Shown here: piece by piece, positions 53,470-62,400 of the stretch | How the letters are laid out: the number at the start of each line of letters is the position of its first letter | Numbering within the stretch: the stretch's first letter is position 1 | DNA from: Pavona decussata | Lineage: Eukaryota | Assembly: GCA_977016875.1 (NCBI GenBank) | Contig: CDRNST010000196.1 | Span: forward strand, 558,001-622,000 | Direction of reading: 5' to 3' | Length of the DNA stretch: 64,000 nucleotides | Notes under the pieces: generated by a model | Database searches by the model: none | What the model was told of the DNA's origin: nothing | What the model saw: only the letters and a program-made list of their open reading frames with translations | Translations under genes and position numbers: made by a program

Positions 53470-56400
53470 TAAAAATACACAAATAAAAATAATTATTAGC
53501 GAAATCTATTGCTGGATGAAAATTGAATATGACAATTACATTTTATGCAAAGTGACCAGTCTTATTACAAATCTATTTAAAGTCCAACTAAAACTATTAA
53601 CCCACATGCCTAACAGGGTTAAATATTCAGGAATATTCAATCTGACGACTTAATCTTCCTAGACTGTGGGGCATCAGAGGATATCCCCTTATGGCTTGGA
53701 TACTTGAAACTTTTATAATTTATCTCCAGCGCTTCAACGGATATCGAAAGACATAAGTGGCGTATACCCTGTGACTTGTAAGCTTTACTGGTGAATGATT
53801 ACTAATTAAGTTTAACAGAAAATAATACTAAGTGGGAACTAAATATATTTAATAAATACTCGGAAATTGAAAACAACTACCTTTAGAAATGACTATAACT
53901 GTAGTTAGTTTTAATGACCTCTCACTTACGACTTTTTTCACAAATGGGGAGGAAAGTTAGGTTGCAGCGAATGTCATGCCATTTCCCAAATTTGGTTGCA
54001 ACACAATCTTGAATGCCTCTCCAGTTGTTAGGTTGGTTGCTGTCCCAGTTTGTGTAATTAGTGAGTGATCCGTCAATCCAAAGCCATTTGGAGCCGTCCG
54101 TCGGATCCCTGTGCAAAGCAATCCACGACCAATATTTAATTTTTGAGGAAACTGCTGCTACTTTGGCTTGTGAATTCAAAATTGCAAGGTTTGCTCCTAA
54201 TGCTACGCAGAAGGATTTAGCAGCGTTCCATCCCATTGACTTGTGAAAAATTTTAAAGCAAGATCCATGGAAACCCGGAAACCAGCCCGTTGGGCAAAGG
54301 GCTGCAAGGAAATGTAAAAATAAAATAAGTAAATGCAATACGCAATACAACACAATGCGTGCAATGCGACGCCACGTCATGCCATGCAATGCCATGCAAT
54401 GGTGGCTTGAGATGTTCAGGAGACTACAAGAGTGAGAGATACAAAGCTGGAATATTCAGAGTTGTTTTTTAAACTAGCCAAGCTCGATATAAACGTTCTA
54501 CCCGTTAACTAAAATGGATGGTAAACGGTGAAAGATAAACAGAATGTTTATCGCAGTTTAGAATCCGGGGCCCGCTTGTCGTAGGAAATGATGCGCATTA
54601 CAATGTAGAGTGCGGGGACGATTATCGCGTGTTCATTTGTACAGCCTTGGCTCTAATTAGTTGAGCAAGCAGGGAAGCACGCAATAGTCTACTGCCAGCG
54701 ATAGTCTACCAGCTTTATGGAAATTAAGGGACTCATAACTTTTTTGTGATAGCGTGTACTTCACATGGTGAACCTGAAGCGCTTTGCCGCCGAGTTGATT
54801 GCCTAAATTTACGAAAACATCGCTGCTTTTTTCTTTCGTGACCGAAGCCATGTTGCTAAATGATCTGATAAATAGGCATGTGTCCCGTAGAAATGGATGC
54901 AAAGTAAATTATTTTCTTGCCATTTATTCGCTTTCCATGGGACTATATGATACGTTTATGTTGTATTTTCCTTTATTTCTGATGGTTTTAGATCTGTCTG
55001 CGAGATAGGTTGCTGCAACACTTCATGTTGAAGAGTCTCTCGAAATAGGGACAGAACTTGAAGATTGTCGAAATTAGGCAAGTTCACATAGCTATAAAAA
55101 TTCCATGAAGAACGAGCCGCAAATTTTCGTTCTTTAGTGACAATTTCTATGGTTCCTATGTTACAGTTTCCTTGGTCTGGTTGAAAATCACCGCCTCACT
55201 TGATTTCAAGTTGAGCTATTTTTGATTGTTTGATCATTCGGTTCGATAATGGTGTCGTTAAAATCTCGCTGTTGGCTTGATTCAAGCTCAATGTTTAAAA
55301 AAGTCGCTTTGATAAATTAAAAAGATGTAATATAACTGACTGTGGTGTTTGTTTGTTATAGCGCGAGCTTGTAAGTTCTTGTTAAATTGATCAATAAAAG
55401 TTGCGCTCAATTTAAGCCTCGACATAAGCCCTCCTCCCCCTGACTTGCTCACGCTCGGCGCTTTTTTTCTTCCCCGAGAAATAATATTCAATTCCGACCT
55501 CAAATAGAAGGCAACTCTATAATCTAGAATCCACTGTACAGGAAAGTTAACCATGCGTGAATTCCTTTGAAGGTTTTGGTTTATTTTACTGTCTTATCAT
55601 GTTTTACTTGTTATTTAACTTCCCAAACTGAATTAGATGGCAAGATTATTCTCCATAAGAATCCAATGCTTTTTGGGAACGTGACGAAAATCTGAACTGA
55701 ATAATTTTCTCTGTTGCTGTCTGTCATTGGTTTGTTGAAGCACATTCCCAGTAGCCTTTTGTAGGCATCCAGGTAGAGTAGCCTCCCTCGCTAGCCCTTT
55801 TCAGTGTCCTCAGGCAACGCTTCTATCAGAAGTCAGTTGGGGCTTTATTTCAGGCATTCCTTTGTTTAGCATTCTTGCTATGCCTTTGTGTTTACATGCA
55901 CATTTCCTTTTGTTCCTTGTTATTTCAGCTTTTTGAAAATAAATATAAAGTTTTCAATATCGAAAATAATAACAATCCAGTAGCCTCCTTTTAGATATGC
56001 TTATGTAAATACTGGCTTAGAATATTGTAGGAATACAGAAAATTGAATAAAATAAAGCTAGATTGTAAGCTGGTTTAAGTAAAAAACCAAAGACAAGGGC
56101 TACCAGAAACCGTTTTACCCACTTTGTGGGATGAATTATCATTAGAAGTGGCACCGAGGAAATATCGTTTTCAGTAGCTGCAAACTAGTTACTTTGATTA
56201 CTAAAACGAATTTCAGAAGTGAAGAAGTAATGTTCGTGTGGAGAATTTTGATCTTTAAGAAAGATAAGTGAAAATTCCTCCACAAACTTCAAACTGCTTC
56301 AAATACATTTTGCTCTTGAAAATTGGCAAATCATGTACCATGGATCATGCATTTTACTGGTCACTTTTTCTTTTTACTTCAGCTTAAAGTATAAAAGCCA

Positions 56401-59400
56401 TACAGGCCAATTCTGCCAATTTCTCCCAAGCTATTTTCAACTTACTAGTAGTTCACATCTGTCAAAGCACACCTCCGCCCGCACTTCGTAGCCATATTGC
56501 TAAGTGCTAGTTTCCAGTGAAATAAATACTACACTTTTCTTATACCAAAAGATTTCTGTTAGGCATCATTTTAATTGTTTGATTTCCTACGCAACCAAAA
56601 AACATAAACAAGAACAAAACAAAAAAAGGAATTTCGTATTGAAAATTATTTTTCCAAATAAAGTAATCACGATATCCAAACCGGGGGCAGATGTTGTGAG
56701 AACCATTTCTTAAGTCCAGGTAGAGTACGACTTTTTCAAAGTCCTTCGTTTCTCAATCCTACGGCGTTCGATACCCCCCCCCCCCCCCCCCCCCAAGCCC
56801 CTCTCTGTGGTTGTCTGTCATTGGCCTGTTGAGGCTAATTCCAAGACGATTTTCCAAGCATGAAGGGCTTTACAAAATTTTACAAAGAACATGTAGTAAA
56901 GTGAAGTGAAGTGAAGTGAAGTGAAGTGAAGTGAAGTGAAGTGAAGTGAAGTGAAGTGAAGTGAAGTGAAGTGAAGTAAAGTAAAGTAAAGTGAAGAAAA
57001 GTAAAGAAAACTAAGTAAAGTGATGTAAAGTAAAGTAAAGTAAAGTAAAGTAAAGTAAAGTAAAGTAAAGTAAAGTAAAGTAAAGTAAAGTAAAGTAAAG
57101 TAAAGTGATGNNNNNNNNNNNNNNNNNNNNNNNNNNNNNNNNNNNNNNNNNNNNNNNNNNNNNNNNNNNNNNNNNNNNNNNNNNNNNNNNNNNNNNNNNN
57201 NNNNNNNNNNNNNNNNNNNNNNNNNNNNNNNNNNNNNNNNNNNNNNNNNNNNNNNNATTCAATGTCAATATTTCAGGGAACGAAACAATGGATTTACATG
57301 GATAACAAAAATATAGCAAATCTGAAGCAAATGCCACATTTCCACAAATTTGGCTTAGTTTGCTTTAGAGCAAAGATTGATTTTACACTAGATTTGCTAC
57401 CAATAGCAATGATGGTAAATGCCATATTTGTTCAAGATTTAATTGTGCTTTTGCACAAAGACAATGCATAAGTACAATTTTTTATAGAATATATTTATGG
57501 CTCAAATGTGCATGCAGATGCGCTTTTTTAAAGCTTTCTTGTAATGACGCAAATTAGTGTACAAATTTGCTGTTTTACACGACTTCTGCTTCTGTTTTAA
57601 AAGCAATCAAACTTATCATTTTGAGCGAGTTTACAAAGCGTCAATAATTTCTTATAACACGGTAAGTGCGTGCCCAATCTCCTTAGTGCCAACCGTTTTT
57701 CTTTGGCATCGAAAAATGAAATACAACTTTCATTGTTGTTTTCCGTTTTGCTACAACATTGAGAAACGGAATTCATAGTTCTATTTTCGTTTTCAGTTTT
57801 TCTACCAATTTGGAAAACGGAATTCCAATTTCCATTTCCATTTTTCGTCTTTTGGTTTTGGAGAACGGAATTGGAGCTTCCATTTTTGTATTTCATTTTC
57901 CTATAGCATTAAAAACGGATTTGAATTTTCTTTTTTGTTTCCGTATGGCATTGGAAAACGAAAAATCGAATTTTCGATTTTAATTTTTTTACAAATGAGA
58001 TTCCAAACGGAAGTGAATCTGACGTTCACCCGAATATAATAATAAATGAAACAACAACAAATAACGATACAACTGCTTTCCGCTCAATGTTTTCTGCCGC
58101 AGTTGATAATTTGTGGGATAGCTCTGATTGTGTTTGTCTTCACTTTTATATATATTGTATGTCTTAATACTTAAATACTAGCAATGGCAGAGGAGGATTA
58201 TTTCATATTTTTCACCGGCGAGGGAAAAAGAAGGGTCGAAAGAAGACTCAAAAAATCACAAGTGACTGCAGAAACGTTGGCTCAAATATTTTTTCCCATT
58301 AAACTTACTCAATTGAATAAAAGTGAAGAACGTCCGAAATCCTCTTTTTTGAGTGGAAGAATCCGAGTGGAATGTTATCACCGCGTAATTTCCAAATACA
58401 AAGACTTCTTCTCCAAACTGCTCACCACAGTATCTGCCGACAAGCACGTTATTGTCATTTATTATTTTGACATAATCTGACCTGCAAGAACATTTAAGTA
58501 TAAAGTTAGTGAAAATGTCTCATCAACACTTTCAAGATAAATGGCTTCTTTTATGAAAATAAATCAATTTAAAGAATCATGAACCGTTTGTCATTTTAAG
58601 CCGTTCAAATCACTAGTTAATGTATTTTTGGATAATCCTTCCAAAGTTCAATTCAGCGCGACCCGTAAAGTGCACTTCCCCGCCCCTCTCTTTTTGGCGA
58701 CTTTTTTTTATTAGTACTGACCATTCAGCGGCAAGAACAGAACTAACCCATCATCCGAATCGAAAAGTTTATGCATGTGTCTTTGGACTTCGTTAGAGCG
58801 GCGAGGACTGTTCGCAGCCGAGGGATTTGTTACACTTTTGGAATGGCATTGTTAAAGCAAATCTGATGCCATCATCGTTACCATGAAACTGAACCCTAGA
58901 ACTAAATCTTGGTTTCATTGTAGCCGGTAGACAGTGGAACCTTTCCTTACGGACACCTCTTTAATCCGGACACCTCTCTATTACGGACAGTTTACTTGGT
59001 CCTTGAGAGACCGAAATCCATATAAGGCCTACACCTCTAAAACGGACACCTATATAATGCGGACACTTATACCTGTCCCCTAGGTGTCCGTAATAAAGGG
59101 GTTCGACTATACACGCTAAACATTAGATGTACTATGCAGTATGAAAAGACCGACGGATTCGTTCTTTGAAGCTCGCAAGGGACTCAAATACGCATCGCAC
59201 GACCGAGATTGTTAATCTTTTAAAACGTTTTTGGATGTTATTCCAACAGGCGAAAACAAGAGACGTCTGCTTCGCAAATAGTTCAGAGCAAATTATGTCG
59301 CTTTTGTGTATACCCGACTATATTAGGAAGATGTCAGGTAACGCGATATCTGTTCCCCTTGCCGAACAGCTCAAAAGTTTGCTTTCGGTCCGACTTTTAC

Positions 59401-62400
59401 GCATAAAGCTTATACGGTACGTAGAGGAGTAAAACTTGACGATAATTCGGGTTATTAATAAATTCACCGGGTAAATGGGATTTGTTGATTTAAGTAAAGG
59501 AGGCTACTAAGTGCCAAGATTCACGATATGTGACCATTGTCAGCTTCTATTTTTTTAACAGAGTTTCATCAGACGCGTTATAAGATTTCATGACCCTTTG
59601 TCACTCATGTTCATGTACGTGAATCAACAAATTCGATTTGCAATTGCCCTGCAAATTGAGCCTGTATTATGTTCTAACCCCCATCCCCGCGCCCCTGCTC
59701 CTTGTGTGAGTCTAATTGTTGTTGTTTTATTTTCTTTACTTTTATTTATTCTTTGAGTAAACGTTGGGCCGAAAGGCTTGCTACACAGACTACAGTTTGC
59801 ATTTTTGCTCTCAAGGTACTGAAGTCATCGGATCACCCGGTCGTGTTTGAGGACCTCAAAGCAAATATACTTCCCTATGCGGAAATTCTAAATATAAATT
59901 GAGAGAAATTCACGAATCGTAAGGGCTATACCGGGTCTTTCCGTCTCTGCCCCCCTTAATTTCCCTCTCAAAGATGTGACTGATAATTAAACAGGATTAG
60001 AACTTATCATATCGCTCAAATCAGTCACGTGGACAAGGGTTAAATTAAAAAACTGTCAATCTGAAAAGCCTGGGGTGGCAATTGATTTTAGTCACAGGGG
60101 ACATTGGGGCTGATTATCTTTCGCCTCATCAACAGCCTATATATTATCACTCCAATTACCATTCTTCAGTATGCTTTTGAATCTACCGTTACCGACCATC
60201 CATTTTTTGTAGGCTAGGTGGTCGCTTACAGGAGGTGGTCGGTTGCAAGAGATCAGACCCAGGGTGGCTAGCTATTGAGTCATAAGCCTATGGTACTTCC
60301 CGCTATGCTGAGTATCAAATAATTGTCAATTACAATCTATTTTCATGTTTTTTCTTTGTTTTACTTACCTACATGAAGAACTCGGGTCCAGGTCAAATAT
60401 TTGGAAATAAATTTGCAGCGCCTTGCCGTGTGGAATAGAAACATTGTAAACACAGTGCATTCCGGGTGGATAGTTGTTGGGATATAAGGGGCTTTCCAAT
60501 GTATTGTTTACCACTGAAGCACATCCTGGTAAAGTAAATAAACAGCAATTCTGACACCGCAAATGAAATATGCGACAGAAATTTGTGCCTTATAGGCTGA
60601 CACTTGCCATTGATTCAAATTAACTATCATGTTGCTTAAATTAAAATAATTTTTCTTTTAGTGAATGTTACACTCTATTCCCACTATCTGCTTGATAGGA
60701 GTGGCAAAATATCAACTGGGAGAGATGAAAGTGAAATATGCGAAAAGCATACATTTGAACCATCAAGGCCCGGCTGGGCTGGAATTAATTTGCCCGCATA
60801 AAATTAGTTGACCGCTGGTGCAGAGACAGTATTGCGGGGGTTACGTATAAAACTGTTTACAGTCCCCTGTTTTCCTTTTTGAATTTTAAACTGGCGAGAG
60901 CAACCTGTGGAGACCAAAACTATGGAGGGAGACACTCGATAGGTTGTATTGCGTTTTAATCGTCTTTCATATCCCACTCGCAGCCCAGTTGGGCTTGTCA
61001 TTACAAACCAAGTTGGCGGCAGTTCGATCGAAGCGTGGGATATTGACATGTAGCGCTTGTACCGTAAACACTCTAAGCACTACGTGATTTTTATTATGGA
61101 AAAAAAAAATGGAAATAGCCAAAATAGGTTTTCCTGAACTAGTACTTACTGGCCCCTGCCTGTTCCTGTACTTTAATAAGCATGTCGCAATTGTTACGTA
61201 ATCCATGCACATGCTAAAACAATTGTTCTGTAATTTTTCCTTGTGTAAACTTGTACGTTCTCCGTCTAAATTTTCAGGCTCTAAACTAGGATAACTAAGA
61301 CTTTCTCAAAGTCCTTCGTTTCCCAATCCTACGGTGTTCGAGCCCTTACTCCACCCTCCCCCCCCCCCCCCCCGAGTCACTCTCTGTGGTTGTCTGTCGT
61401 TGGTCTGTTGAGGCTTCTTCCCAGAAGCTTTTCCAAGCATGAAGATAGAAAAAAATACTGCTTCCTTCTGAAAAGAATTCAGATCACCCATCCCAGGGCT
61501 TTTCAAAATTTTAAAAAGAAGATAAAGTAAAGTGAAGTGAAGTGAAGTAAAAGAGAGTAAAGTAATTTATTCAATGTCAATACTTCACTGAACGAAACAA
61601 TGGGTTTACATGGATATCAAAACTATAGCAAATCTGGAGCAAATGCCACATTTGCACAAATTTGCCTTAGTTTGCCTAAGAGCAAAGATCGTTTTACACT
61701 GAATTTGCTAACCATAGCAATGATGGTAAATGCATATCTGTTCAAGATCTGTGCTTTTGCACAAACACAATGCGTAGGTACAACTTTTTATAGGATTTAT
61801 TTATGGATCAAATGGGCATGTAAATGCGCTTTTTTAAAGCTTTCTTGCATATGACGCAAATTAGTGAACAAATTTGCTTTTTTACACGACTTCTGCTTCT
61901 GTTGTAAAAGCATTCAAACTTATCATTTTGAGCGAGTTTACAGAGAGTCAATAATTTGTTATAAGACGAGAAGTGCTCATGATAAAGTGCTTGACGATAA
62001 TCCAGATGGAATTGGAAAACAAAATCGGCCCACATTTCAATTTCTAAATTAAAAAATCCTAAAATCATAAAAAGAAAGCTTAACAGAAGGTATTATAATT
62101 TTAAGGTGGAAACAAAATACAAAGTTGCTCCAACTTTTAGCATGATGCTTCCACGGGGATCACCAGTGTCTCGCTCTCATTATCACTCTTTTACGTAACT
62201 AAAAATGAGCATATCTGCGATCCTTGACGTTTGTTAAGCTAGGCCATTAAACTTACTAAATTGAATAAAAGTGAAGACCATTTGAAATCCTCTTTCTTGA
62301 GTGGAAGAATCCGAGTGGAATGTTAAAACCACGTGTTTTCCAGATACTAAGACTTCTTTTCCAGACTGATTACCACAGTGTTTGCCGACAAACACGTTTT

